A stretch of DNA of 49,082 nucleotides from a virus. Lineage: Duplodnaviria > Caudoviricetes. This document shows, piece by piece, positions 24,001 to 34,088 of this stretch; positions within the stretch are counted from its first letter, which is position 1, and each line of letters begins with the position of its first letter. The DNA is taken from the IMG/VR virus record IMGVR_UViG_3300032270_001256, positions 1-49,082 of that record. The stretch is one strand, 5' to 3'. Both the position numbers and the translations under genes were made by a program. The notes beneath the pieces were generated by a model. That model searched no databases, was not told the origin of the DNA, and worked only from the letters and a program-made list of their open reading frames with translations.

Positions 24001-27000
24001 TTTCACTAATCATGGATTTAGTAATGGAGATTTTGTAACATATAACTATGATACTACTGCAATCAGTGGTCTTTCTTCATCAAATCAATATAAGGTATTA
24101 AAAGTTGATACTAATGCATTCAGATTAGTAAATGCTGGGATTGGTGGCACATATCTTTCAGATTATCAAAGAGGAAAATATGTAAAATTCTCCTCCTCAG
24201 GATCAGGTTATCAGTATTTTTCATATCCACAAATTAGTGCAACTATTAATTATTCTATTGGAATTAATAGTAGTTCTGTTGGTATAATTACTGCCACTCC
24301 CATTATTAGGGGAGCAATTGTTGATGCATATATTTACGAAGCAGGAACAAATTATGGATCTACAATTCTAAATTTCCATAAGAAACCAAAAATCACTATT
24401 AATAATGGAATTAATGCGGAATTGGTTCCTGTAATTATAGGAGATACAATTCAATCAGTTCAAATAAAGTATGGTGGTAATAATTATTATTCTATTCCAG
24501 ATCTGAATGTAATTGGAGATGGTAGTGGAGCAATATTGAGACCTTCAATTTCAAATGGAAAAATAGTTAAAGTTTTTGTTCAAAATGGAGGACAAAATTA
24601 TACTTCAGAAAATACCTTTATTGATGTTGTTCCTGCAGGTAAAAATGCAATTATTGAGTCATCAGTTAGATCTCTGACTTTAAATAATAATTATAGATTT
24701 AGTAATTCTGAGATTATCTCTGGCGAAAATTCTTTAGAATATTCAGTTAGTGGATATATTTCTCAAGTAAGAAGTGCTGTTAATGATAATAGTCAAAGTA
24801 CAAATGCACATTCACCTTTAATTGGATGGGCTTATGATGGAAATCCAATCTATGGCGCATATGGATATCCAGATCCAACTATTGTATCTGATTGTACAGT
24901 ATTAATACCAGGATACAGTTTAAATTCAAGCAATATTTTTAATAGACCTTCTTTAACCAATTTTCCTGCTGGTTCTCTTGTTGAAGATTATGTTTTCAGT
25001 AATTCTGGAGATTTGGATTATTCAAATGGGAGATTTTGTAAAACTCCAGAATTCCCATTAGGAACATATGCATACTTTGCTGGAATAACAACTGGATCTA
25101 GTCAAATTTTGCCATCTTTCCCATATTTTGTTGGAAATAGATTCAAGAATAATTTTATCGAAGAAAATAGAACTCTAAATCAATCTTTCAATTTTAATAA
25201 TTCTTCATTAATTAGAAATACTCTCCCCTATAAAATTAATGATGAATATGCAGATAATGATTTTATTGTAGAATCGAATGAAATAATCAATCAAAAGGTA
25301 ATGGTTGATTCCATTCATAAAGGAAAAATTGAAGGATTTAATGTTCTCAATTCTGGAAGTGGATATGCTATTGGTGATACTTTGGTATTTGATAATACTG
25401 GAACATATGGAAGCAATGTGGATGCAAAAGTATTCACTCTAACTGGTAAAGATATTGTTAATATCAACACATCTATAGAAACCTATGATAATGTAATTTT
25501 TACCAGAAAAGATGGAAATTCTATTAATGCAACTGTTTTACCATATCACACCTTCTCTGATGGCGATAATGTTACAGTATCTGGATTTTCAACATATTTA
25601 AGTGCATTAAATGGATCGTATCCAATAGGGGTTACTTCATATAGCACAAATTTGACCAATGCAATGCCATCAAGCCCATCGGTAGGATTGGTAACAGATA
25701 TCTATGTTGCGAATGTTCCACCAAATATCTCTATCGGTAGCAGCATTAGTGTAGGTATAGGATCGGAAATTCTTTCAATTATTTACATTTTTGATACAAA
25801 TAATATTATAAGAGTCAAGAGATCTTCTGTTGGACTTGCATATAGTGCAACAACGGTTATTAATTATCTTCCAGATACCATCACTATTAATGAAAAAACA
25901 GAATATTTCGATTCGACTTTAAATAATAAAGTATTCTTCAATCCAACAGAAACAGTTGGTTTGGGAACACTAGTTGGTATTGGAACAACTGTTCGTTACA
26001 AACTTAATGGGCAAAATTATATTGGTATTGGATCAACAGGACTTTCTCCTCTTTTGAGAACCGTTCCAACACAAAGCATTTATATTAAAAATCATCCATT
26101 CAAAGATAATCAAAAAGTACTATTCAAAAAACCAGTTGGAATAGCAGCAACTGCGCTTATTGTTTCGGGAAGTGCTGGAGTATCATCCACATTTACATTA
26201 CCGTCTCCTGGAGATGCTCAGGTTGTCTATGTAACAAATAAATCTAGAGATACTATTGGAATTAAGACCCAATTAACTTCTAGTGAAATATTCTTCATTC
26301 AAAGTGGAACGGATAACTACGAATATTCTATTGAATCGGTTTTCCCACAATTAACTGGTAGAATTGATAAAATAAAATCTACTGTTTCAGTTTCGACTGC
26401 TCATGGACTTCTACAAAATGATACAATAAAACTTTCTGTTCAGCCAAATCTTTCGGTTGGAATAGGTACTTCTAGTTCCGTTTATGTTTCATATTATGCC
26501 GCTAAGAAGCAACTTATTTTCAATCCAATTGGATTCACTTCTGTTGGAATTAATACGCTCAATAATACCATTAATCTACCAAATCACAATTTAAATACTG
26601 GAGATAAAGTATTTTATAAGGCAGATGATTTTACAGCATCTGGATTGACAACTGGTGGATATTTCGTTTGCAGAGTTAATAATGATAATATTCAATTATC
26701 TGAGACATATAATGATAGCATAGCAAATCCACCAACTGTTGTTAGCACTGGAATTGGAACTGGTGGACGATATCAACAGATTGGACTCATAAATCCCGAA
26801 ATCAAATCAATTAAAGGGAACGATTTGGTATTTAATTTATCTGATACTACTCTATCTGGATATAATTTTAAATTATATACCGATAACGAATTCAAAAATG
26901 AATTTGTTTCAATCGCAGGAACAACTACATTTAGTGTAATTGGAATCGGAAGTCTTGGATCTGCTTCAGCAACTAAAACAATTCAGTATAATTCAGAATT

Positions 27001-30000
27001 ACCAAGCAGATTATTCTATGCACTAGAAAAATCTGGATACATCAGTACATCGGATAAAGATGTCAATAATTATTCCCAAATAACCTTTATTGATAGCATT
27101 TATAATAACAATTATTCTATTACTGGTGTAGGAACAACAACGTTTAGTTTTTCTTTACAATCACTTCCAGAAAAAACATCTTATAATGCAAGTGATTGTA
27201 TAGTATTGAAATATACAACAAAGTCAAAAAATGCGACTGGTGGTGTTGATAGAGTAAGAATTATTTCTGGTGGATACAATTATAAAAAATTACCAAAAGT
27301 AAGTTATATTGATAGTCAATATGGTTCAAGTGCATATATTGTTCCAACTTCATCAACTATTGGAAAAATAAACGACGTTAAAATTATCAATCAAGGATTT
27401 GAATATGCTTCTGATAAAACTTTAAGACCTTTAGCAAGCATACCAAGTTATCTGATAATTGATTCATCAAACGCACTTACTGAAATTAATGTAGATTATG
27501 GTGGCAATTACTATTCATTTGCCCCATCTGTGGTGGCTATAAATCCAAATACTGGAAAAGAAGTAGAAGATTATGTTCTAAATGCATCTCTTAGAGGATC
27601 CAGCATTGGTAAAATCGATATTGTAAAGAGTCCAAAGGGACTTCCAGCAACTCCAATACAATTATTCACAGTAAATAATTCGAATGGAATATCGGTTGAT
27701 ACTATTGTAACTTCTCAGGCGGGCATTGCCACATGTACATTAGTTACCCCAGTATTAGGATTCAGTACTAGCGTTTTTGGTATTGGTGATAAAGTTTTTG
27801 TTGAAGGCATACAACAATCAGGAACAACTGGAACAGGATATAATTCAGCAGATTATGGATATAAGTTCTTTACTGTTACAAATTATCAAAATACAATTCC
27901 TGCAACGGTAGAATTCTCAGTATCTCAATACAGTAACAATCCTGGCATAGCAAAAACAATTCAAGATTCTTTTGGAAATATTGTTAAGTATAAGGATTAT
28001 CCACAATTTACAATTTCACAGGAACCATCAACATTTATACTTGGAGAAAAATTAGCATCTTCTACTGGATCAGTATTTACTGAAAGAGATCTGATTGTTA
28101 CTGAGTATAATGTAGACTCAATAAAGGCAACTGGATCATATTCACTTGCAACTGGAGAACGCATTAAGGGTATTATATCTGGATCTGTTGCTACAATTAG
28201 TAGTGTGATATCTAGAGAAGGAAGATTTGAAACCGATTATTCAACAAAAAATAATTATGATTGGATTGATGAGGTAGGAAGATTGAATGAGGATGTTCAA
28301 GTAGTAAATGATAGCAACTACTATCAAAATCTTTCATATACCATAAAGAGCCCAATTCAATATGAAGAACTAAAAACATCTGTAAATTCTTTACTGCACA
28401 CTACTGGATTGAAGAATTTTGCAGATACTCAAGTACAATCAACTGCAAGAAGTGGGATTGGTTCTACCGATGGAACGCTCATTATCTATGACATTCAAAG
28501 TGAAAATAGAGTAGATACAATCAATTCTTTTGATCTTGCTATTGATATAAACGTATCTAATAATAAATCCAAATTCTTAAAACTCAAAAATAAAAAATTA
28601 TCTAGTTATATTGAATGTAGAACAAATAGGGTTCTTCAGGTAGATGATGTATCATCACAATTTACAAATAATGATGCAGCAGCTGTTGGTTATACGGATT
28701 TGGTTACTTACAATCTTCCAGATAATTTTGGAACATATCTGGTTCAGATTATCAATACATCGAAGAGTAGATACCAATTTACTGACTTAGTAGTTCTTGT
28801 AGATAATGATTACAACGTCTTTACTCTTCAAAGACAAACTTTAAATAATTCCACAATTAAAGTTGCAGATCTTGATGGTTATATTGATGATTCTTTGAAC
28901 ACGATTAGTTTGAGATTTACTCCTTTGGATCGTTTTAATGAAGATTATGATATTAAAATGATTAAATCTAGTTTTCCTGGAGCAAGTATCGGAATAGGAA
29001 GCACAAGTGTGGGATTTGTTAAGTTAACAAATTCAGGATCTTATGTTTCCTCTGGAGTTACTACATCAATTGTATCAGTAGCAACAACAACCAATTATAG
29101 ATCTTTCTATGGAACATTCCAAATAATTGATGATGTTACCAACTATATGGATTTTGTTGAATTGTATATGACCTATGATGGTCAAGATACATATATGACT
29201 CAATATTATTACGATACAAGTTCACTGTCAAATAATTATTCAAGTCAATTTATAGGAACTTTTGGGGCATCGGTTTCATCTGGTGTTTTATCAATAAACT
29301 ATACTAATGATACCTCAAATTTAGTTACCATAAATTCGAAAATAGTTGGATTTGGAACAACTTCTATTGGAATTGGAACTTATAGATTCTTGGTTTCTGG
29401 TCAAGGTGCTGGATTTGAAAGATCAGCAAGATATGAATCATTATATTCAAGAGTTTCGACTGCTTCGACAATTATTTCATATTCTATTACTGATGTAGGT
29501 TGCTTTAAGGCAAAAGTTAATTTGAGTGTTGGATCAACCAGTGAGCTACATCAGATTATGTTTATGTCTGATGGTGTTGATGGTTACATATCCCAATATC
29601 CAATTTTGTCTAACAAAGACACTACAGGAATTGGAACTTTTGGTACAGTTTATTCACCACTTTACAACCAACTTTTATTCTATCCAAGTTCTAGTTTGGG
29701 TGGAGCAACTGTTGAAGTTAAAATTTATAATGAAGTATTTTATATTGATGCTGATTATAGTAATCTTCCACCAAATTTGGTATATGGTACTGGTGAAGAT
29801 TCCTTTACGATTAATCCATATAATGGATTGAATGCAAGAAGAATTAATAAATTGGACTTTGATATGAATTATCAAGGTATTCCAATCTATAAAAAAACAT
29901 TTGATCCATCAAATGGAGTTCAATTAAATCCATCTACTGGAGTAATTACAATTCCAAATCACTTCTTCAATACTGGCGAAGAATTGATTTACAACCCCGC

Positions 30001-33000
30001 AACAACTTTCTTAGGTATTGGTGTTACTGCTGTTGGGATAGGTTCTACACTAAGCTATACTGGTGTTGTAACTTCATTCTTACCACCAAGAGTATATCCA
30101 ATCAAACTGGATAATAATAATTTCCAATTAGCTACAAGAAAAGAATATGCACAATCTGGCATTTACGTTACATTCACATCTTTTGGATCTGGAAATGCCC
30201 ATGAATTAGAGATGACCAAGAAATTGGAGAAATCCTTACTCACAATTGATAGCGTTGTTCAAGCACCTCTTGCATATTCATTACTAGATTATACCTTAAA
30301 GTATAATTCTGATTTGGTAGGAATTAGTAGAACTGGTATTATTGGAGTAAGCACCAATTTAATTACTGGAATCAATACTTCTGGTATAGTAGTTGGTAAA
30401 TTAATAGGTTCTGTTGGAATAGTATCTTCTGGTGCTCAAGTAACATCAGTTGGGATTGGAAGTTTGACAATTAATAAAACTTCACTGCAAGGAATAAGTA
30501 CAACAACAACATTTAATTTTGATGGTGGAGTTGGTGCTGGTAATACTTATCTTTCAATTAGCGGAATTTCTTCCATTAAGCCAACAGATCTTCTCAAAAT
30601 TGATGATGAATATGTAAGAGTTGTTTCTGTTGGACTTGGTACAACTAGTGGAGCACCTATTACTGGTCTCGGAACTTATTATATTCTCAATATTCAAAGA
30701 GGATATGCTGGAACTATTGCAACTGCACACTTTAATGATACGCCAATTCCACTTTATAGAGGATCATATAATATTGTTGGAAACAAAGTATGGTTTACAG
30801 AGTCTCCAAGAGGAAATGCGGTAACAAAGAGAGATATTAGTAATTTAGAACAAGCAAAATCCTCATTTACTGGAAGAGTTTATCTCAGAAAAGATTATAC
30901 TACAAATACATTGTATGATAATATTTCAGAGAAATTTACTGGAATCGGTCAGACTTATATTCTGACACTGAATGGACTGAACACCACTGGAATTGGATCC
31001 ACTGGTGGTAATGGAATTCTCTTCATTAATAGTATTTTCCAAACCCCATCAACACAAAACAACACTGGAAATAACTTCAGTGTTGTTGATAATGCATCTC
31101 TTGGAATTACTAGTGCAGTGTTTAGTGGAATTACTTCAACAAATGGTCAAATTATTAAATCCGATGCTGATGTAAATCAAAATCAACTTCCAAGAGGTGG
31201 TATTATTGTTTCCTTAGGATCTAGTGAAGGATCTGGATATGCACCTTTAGTGGGCGTTGGAAGCACTGGAATTCAGATTAAACTTAGTGGTGGGTCAATT
31301 TCTTCAATTGGGTTTACAACTTCCTTCATCGTTGGCGTAGCGGTCACTGGATTAATTGGAATTACAACCAATAAGATTACAGGCATTACTACTAATTCAA
31401 TTTCTGTTGGACAACAAATTCAAGCGATTGGTGTTGTCACAACTGGAACTTACGTAACTTCGATTGGTTTTGGAACTATTTTCATCAACAGTAACTCAAC
31501 TAATGCAGTTGGAATAGCAACAACATTTGCATTCAGATCAGAACCAAACTTTGGATCTGGATATTTTGGAACGGTATCTATTGGAATATCCGATCCAACT
31601 GGATCTGGAGCAGTAGTTTATGGAAGAGTTGGTTCTGGTGGATCTATTTCTGGATTTATAATTCAGAATGGTGGATCTGGATATACAAATCCTTATGCTC
31701 AAGTTGCACCACCAAGTTATGAAAATCTTCCAATCATTGGTGTTTCCAGATTAAGCCTAGGATCAACTACTGATACTGGAGTAGGGTTGCAGATGAATGT
31801 GGTTGTTGGACCAAATGCATCTGGACTAACAATTATTTCCAACAGAAATGCTGATGCATCCAATTTAATTCTTTCCAATAAACAGTTAATTGCAGAAGTT
31901 GCAGTGGGAAGAATGTTAGCTGCTTATCCAACATTTGTAATTCCTGGTGGAAATCAAAATTGTGTTGAAGATGTGGTAACAGTATTAGAATGTATTGCTT
32001 ATAACTTGAAATATGGTGGAAATAGTAGAGTATATGATGCCGCTAAGATTTATATTGACAACCAATATCTTGCCGGTGAAGAGGCACAATCAATATATGC
32101 CTTTGTTCAAGCAAGGGATATGGCAATCCAAGCAATGACAAACCAAGCGATTACAATTGGTGGTTATTCAACACAATCTCAATATTTTGATTATACTATT
32201 ATTCCAGATCCATTAACAGGATTTAATACTAGCCCAGCATCTTGTGCAGATGTTGCTTCTGCAATTACTCAATTCGTTGGTATTGTTACTTATGCAATTG
32301 GAACCAATACTTTACCAGTAACTAAGACTGGAGTTGCCTCAACACTCTTTGATGTACAATCATTTAAGATTACTAGACCTGGTTATGGTTTCCAAATCGG
32401 AGATGTATTTAAACCAGTTGGTCTTGTGACTGCAAAAGGTCTCTCTGTACCAGTTAAAGAATTTAAATTGACTGTTTTAAGCACATTCAGTGATTCATTT
32501 GCTGCTTGGCAATTTGGTGAAATGGATTATATTGATTCCATCAAAGCAATGCAAGATGGTAGCAGAACAAGATTCCCACTTTATTATAATTCTCAGTTAT
32601 TGAGTTTTGAAACTAATACCAATGATCAGGATTCTGCCAACATTGATCTTGGACCAATTCTACTCATCTTTGTCAATGGTATTGTTCAGGCTCATGGAGA
32701 TACTTATCAATTTGATGGTGGTTCATCATTTGTATTCAAATATCCACCATTACCAGAAGATAATATTGCTATTTTCTTCTATAGAGGGACAAGAAATCAA
32801 GATAGTGTTTTAGTATCAGTTAATGAAACTCTTAAGAGAGGAGATAGTGTTCAATTATTCAAAAATCCAATAGTTTCTGGAATCACAACTACTCAAAATT
32901 CAAGACTGATTTCATACATTTCTGCTTCTGATAAGGTTGAGACTAACATCTATGCAGACCAAGGAGTTGATGCTACAAACTATAAGCCATTTAGTTGGAC

Positions 33001-34060
33001 GAAACAAAAAGTTGATTCTAAGATCAATGGTGAAATCGTTAGAAAAACTAGAGATTCAATTGAAGGATCTGTTTATCCATCTGCAAGAATTATTAAGGAT
33101 TTAAAATCTTCTGATACTGAACTGTTTGTGGATGACGCCAATTTCTTCAAATATGAGCAAAATCAAACAGCAGCATATTCAAGCCCATTATCACCAATTA
33201 CAATTGGTAGTTTTGGTGCATTGATTGTTAGTGGAAAAGATGATCCAGTATCTGCAGCATTAACCGCAACAGTTTCTGCTGCTGGAACAATTTCAGCATT
33301 AACAATTACTAATGCTGGATCTGGATATACTGGAACAACAATACCAGTCAAAATTGCTCGCCCAAGAGTTATTGGTGTTGGTATTGGATCAACAGCAACT
33401 GCAACGGTAAGTATTTCAAATGGAAGTATTTCTTCCCCAGTAATTACTAATGCTGGATTTGGATATACCAGAAGCAATCCACCTCAAGTAATTGTCGCAT
33501 ATCCTAGCCCAATTTTTGAAAAAATTAGCGGGGCATCCTTAGTACAAGGTTTCTCTGGAATTATCACTGGAATTGGAACAACAACAGGAACAAGTGGAAA
33601 TCCACTTGCACTCAGGTTCTATTTAAATGTAACTTCTCCAAATTCATTCCCATCAGGATTGTCTACTGGATATCCAATTTATATTTCTGATACAATTGTT
33701 GGTAGAGGAGTAACGTCAATTGATAATAGTGATAATGCAGTTGTTGGAGTAGGAACTACCTACGTCAATAATATCTACTATATTAAATCATTAAGTTATG
33801 TTTCTGCTGGATCAACTAATGCGGAGATAGTTTGTAATATTAGATCAACCACTTCTGTGGTTGGTTTATCAACTAGTGGAACTAAATTTGCTGGAAGATT
33901 CTCTTGGGGAAGAATTTCTGGATTTGGTAGGGCAACAAATCCCATTTCAATTGGAGTAAGTGGTTACACTATAACTTCTGGATTGACCACATTTGCATCG
34001 ATTCAAAGACGTGGGTATGGATTAAGGGATATTGGACCACTTAAAAAGGATCTTGGTTAA
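21059..34060 (+). CDS. gp7: Giant baseplate wedge protein (gp7-like, 4333 aa)
   Basis: Between gp6 and gp8; IKQARDFYKSKGT..SF..LF, YYQNLSYTIKS...LLHTTG; many beta repeats. Confidence 0.75.
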   Translation: MIETGFDARVKVQQIVKNQLPEFILDESPKSSEFLKQYYISQEYQGGAVDIAENLDQYLKLDNLIPEVVVGITSLSTDLSVTSGIVSVTSTKGYPNQYGLLKVDGEIITYTGITTNTFTGCIRGFSGITSYHAPNEQEELVFSQTNASSHTEGSKVENLSSLFLKEFYKKIKYTFTPGLEDKDFIPELKVGNFIKQARDFYKSKGTDQSFRILFNILYGVTPKVIDLEQFLIKPSSSVFVRRQLVVAEKISGDPNKLVGQTIRKSTDYGTNASVSEVEILTRKNKVYYKLGLYVGFDENTQIQGDFNISPKTKVVENVSPGASVITVDSTIGFTTSGTIVSGNNVISYADKTINQFLGCSNVEYTITTADDIRSDEVYYGFEDNDLTKKVEIRITGVISDFTNLNDFGLSIEGEEMKVSNLGKIIKNPELNKTYTETVANSFIYNTSSRYYVNYSSGSFNTNSTIDKSSLISGDSIEVLIRGSQTVVSSPVTTASVTSISGNTINVTNLLDLNNETFDPTDPNKVYFGRDLDIRRKVKKATSSGASLDYGNNTLLSDVQNVYDDNDGNLYVASNSLPSYNITQNIFEIDIPTASDAYLQNKDISTQKYSTISFDFSTGSSNGSKGFTQVPFLTGDKIFYSPQDIPIIGLEEGFYYVEVVSQTNIRLYASQSFIVTGDYIPLDIPLNANGSHTFTLADQRTKNISAQKILRKIPVTGLNPTDSGNVTTSGPIGILINGVEIQNYKSSDKIYYGPLESINIINGGTGYDVVNPPTLTVESGVGVTALVNPIIVGSIEKIFIDPQDFDLDVVVSIAVSGGNGTGGVFEPVLEKRRRSIYFDARDTDNSGGIDLINETITFKTNHNLRDRDGIIYSPNGNSQIGIATYGGSNASSGSYLRDGTIYYAKVVNSKTIQLYNSLSDFNSGINTVGFTTINTYGLQKFQTFALKNTLSQIKVVDGGSGYSNRKVIVNPTGISTFDNTINFTNHGFSNGDFVTYNYDTTAISGLSSSNQYKVLKVDTNAFRLVNAGIGGTYLSDYQRGKYVKFSSSGSGYQYFSYPQISATINYSIGINSSSVGIITATPIIRGAIVDAYIYEAGTNYGSTILNFHKKPKITINNGINAELVPVIIGDTIQSVQIKYGGNNYYSIPDLNVIGDGSGAILRPSISNGKIVKVFVQNGGQNYTSENTFIDVVPAGKNAIIESSVRSLTLNNNYRFSNSEIISGENSLEYSVSGYISQVRSAVNDNSQSTNAHSPLIGWAYDGNPIYGAYGYPDPTIVSDCTVLIPGYSLNSSNIFNRPSLTNFPAGSLVEDYVFSNSGDLDYSNGRFCKTPEFPLGTYAYFAGITTGSSQILPSFPYFVGNRFKNNFIEENRTLNQSFNFNNSSLIRNTLPYKINDEYADNDFIVESNEIINQKVMVDSIHKGKIEGFNVLNSGSGYAIGDTLVFDNTGTYGSNVDAKVFTLTGKDIVNINTSIETYDNVIFTRKDGNSINATVLPYHTFSDGDNVTVSGFSTYLSALNGSYPIGVTSYSTNLTNAMPSSPSVGLVTDIYVANVPPNISIGSSISVGIGSEILSIIYIFDTNNIIRVKRSSVGLAYSATTVINYLPDTITINEKTEYFDSTLNNKVFFNPTETVGLGTLVGIGTTVRYKLNGQNYIGIGSTGLSPLLRTVPTQSIYIKNHPFKDNQKVLFKKPVGIAATALIVSGSAGVSSTFTLPSPGDAQVVYVTNKSRDTIGIKTQLTSSEIFFIQSGTDNYEYSIESVFPQLTGRIDKIKSTVSVSTAHGLLQNDTIKLSVQPNLSVGIGTSSSVYVSYYAAKKQLIFNPIGFTSVGINTLNNTINLPNHNLNTGDKVFYKADDFTASGLTTGGYFVCRVNNDNIQLSETYNDSIANPPTVVSTGIGTGGRYQQIGLINPEIKSIKGNDLVFNLSDTTLSGYNFKLYTDNEFKNEFVSIAGTTTFSVIGIGSLGSASATKTIQYNSELPSRLFYALEKSGYISTSDKDVNNYSQITFIDSIYNNNYSITGVGTTTFSFSLQSLPEKTSYNASDCIVLKYTTKSKNATGGVDRVRIISGGYNYKKLPKVSYIDSQYGSSAYIVPTSSTIGKINDVKIINQGFEYASDKTLRPLASIPSYLIIDSSNALTEINVDYGGNYYSFAPSVVAINPNTGKEVEDYVLNASLRGSSIGKIDIVKSPKGLPATPIQLFTVNNSNGISVDTIVTSQAGIATCTLVTPVLGFSTSVFGIGDKVFVEGIQQSGTTGTGYNSADYGYKFFTVTNYQNTIPATVEFSVSQYSNNPGIAKTIQDSFGNIVKYKDYPQFTISQEPSTFILGEKLASSTGSVFTERDLIVTEYNVDSIKATGSYSLATGERIKGIISGSVATISSVISREGRFETDYSTKNNYDWIDEVGRLNEDVQVVNDSNYYQNLSYTIKSPIQYEELKTSVNSLLHTTGLKNFADTQVQSTARSGIGSTDGTLIIYDIQSENRVDTINSFDLAIDINVSNNKSKFLKLKNKKLSSYIECRTNRVLQVDDVSSQFTNNDAAAVGYTDLVTYNLPDNFGTYLVQIINTSKSRYQFTDLVVLVDNDYNVFTLQRQTLNNSTIKVADLDGYIDDSLNTISLRFTPLDRFNEDYDIKMIKSSFPGASIGIGSTSVGFVKLTNSGSYVSSGVTTSIVSVATTTNYRSFYGTFQIIDDVTNYMDFVELYMTYDGQDTYMTQYYYDTSSLSNNYSSQFIGTFGASVSSGVLSINYTNDTSNLVTINSKIVGFGTTSIGIGTYRFLVSGQGAGFERSARYESLYSRVSTASTIISYSITDVGCFKAKVNLSVGSTSELHQIMFMSDGVDGYISQYPILSNKDTTGIGTFGTVYSPLYNQLLFYPSSSLGGATVEVKIYNEVFYIDADYSNLPPNLVYGTGEDSFTINPYNGLNARRINKLDFDMNYQGIPIYKKTFDPSNGVQLNPSTGVITIPNHFFNTGEELIYNPATTFLGIGVTAVGIGSTLSYTGVVTSFLPPRVYPIKLDNNNFQLATRKEYAQSGIYVTFTSFGSGNAHELEMTKKLEKSLLTIDSVVQAPLAYSLLDYTLKYNSDLVGISRTGIIGVSTNLITGINTSGIVVGKLIGSVGIVSSGAQVTSVGIGSLTINKTSLQGISTTTTFNFDGGVGAGNTYLSISGISSIKPTDLLKIDDEYVRVVSVGLGTTSGAPITGLGTYYILNIQRGYAGTIATAHFNDTPIPLYRGSYNIVGNKVWFTESPRGNAVTKRDISNLEQAKSSFTGRVYLRKDYTTNTLYDNISEKFTGIGQTYILTLNGLNTTGIGSTGGNGILFINSIFQTPSTQNNTGNNFSVVDNASLGITSAVFSGITSTNGQIIKSDADVNQNQLPRGGIIVSLGSSEGSGYAPLVGVGSTGIQIKLSGGSISSIGFTTSFIVGVAVTGLIGITTNKITGITTNSISVGQQIQAIGVVTTGTYVTSIGFGTIFINSNSTNAVGIATTFAFRSEPNFGSGYFGTVSIGISDPTGSGAVVYGRVGSGGSISGFIIQNGGSGYTNPYAQVAPPSYENLPIIGVSRLSLGSTTDTGVGLQMNVVVGPNASGLTIISNRNADASNLILSNKQLIAEVAVGRMLAAYPTFVIPGGNQNCVEDVVTVLECIAYNLKYGGNSRVYDAAKIYIDNQYLAGEEAQSIYAFVQARDMAIQAMTNQAITIGGYSTQSQYFDYTIIPDPLTGFNTSPASCADVASAITQFVGIVTYAIGTNTLPVTKTGVASTLFDVQSFKITRPGYGFQIGDVFKPVGLVTAKGLSVPVKEFKLTVLSTFSDSFAAWQFGEMDYIDSIKAMQDGSRTRFPLYYNSQLLSFETNTNDQDSANIDLGPILLIFVNGIVQAHGDTYQFDGGSSFVFKYPPLPEDNIAIFFYRGTRNQDSVLVSVNETLKRGDSVQLFKNPIVSGITTTQNSRLISYISASDKVETNIYADQGVDATNYKPFSWTKQKVDSKINGEIVRKTRDSIEGSVYPSARIIKDLKSSDTELFVDDANFFKYEQNQTAAYSSPLSPITIGSFGALIVSGKDDPVSAALTATVSAAGTISALTITNAGSGYTGTTIPVKIARPRVIGVGIGSTATATVSISNGSISSPVITNAGFGYTRSNPPQVIVAYPSPIFEKISGASLVQGFSGIITGIGTTTGTSGNPLALRFYLNVTSPNSFPSGLSTGYPIYISDTIVGRGVTSIDNSDNAVVGVGTTYVNNIYYIKSLSYVSAGSTNAEIVCNIRSTTSVVGLSTSGTKFAGRFSWGRISGFGRATNPISIGVSGYTITSGLTTFASIQRRGYGLRDIGPLKKDLG

Positions 34061-34061
34061 T

Positions 34062-34069
34062 TATAAATA
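34062..34069 (+). promoter_or_regulatory. T4-type late promoter
   Basis: TATAAATA before gp8. Confidence 0.8.
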
Positions 34070-34088
34070 GTGAAAAAACTACAATAAT

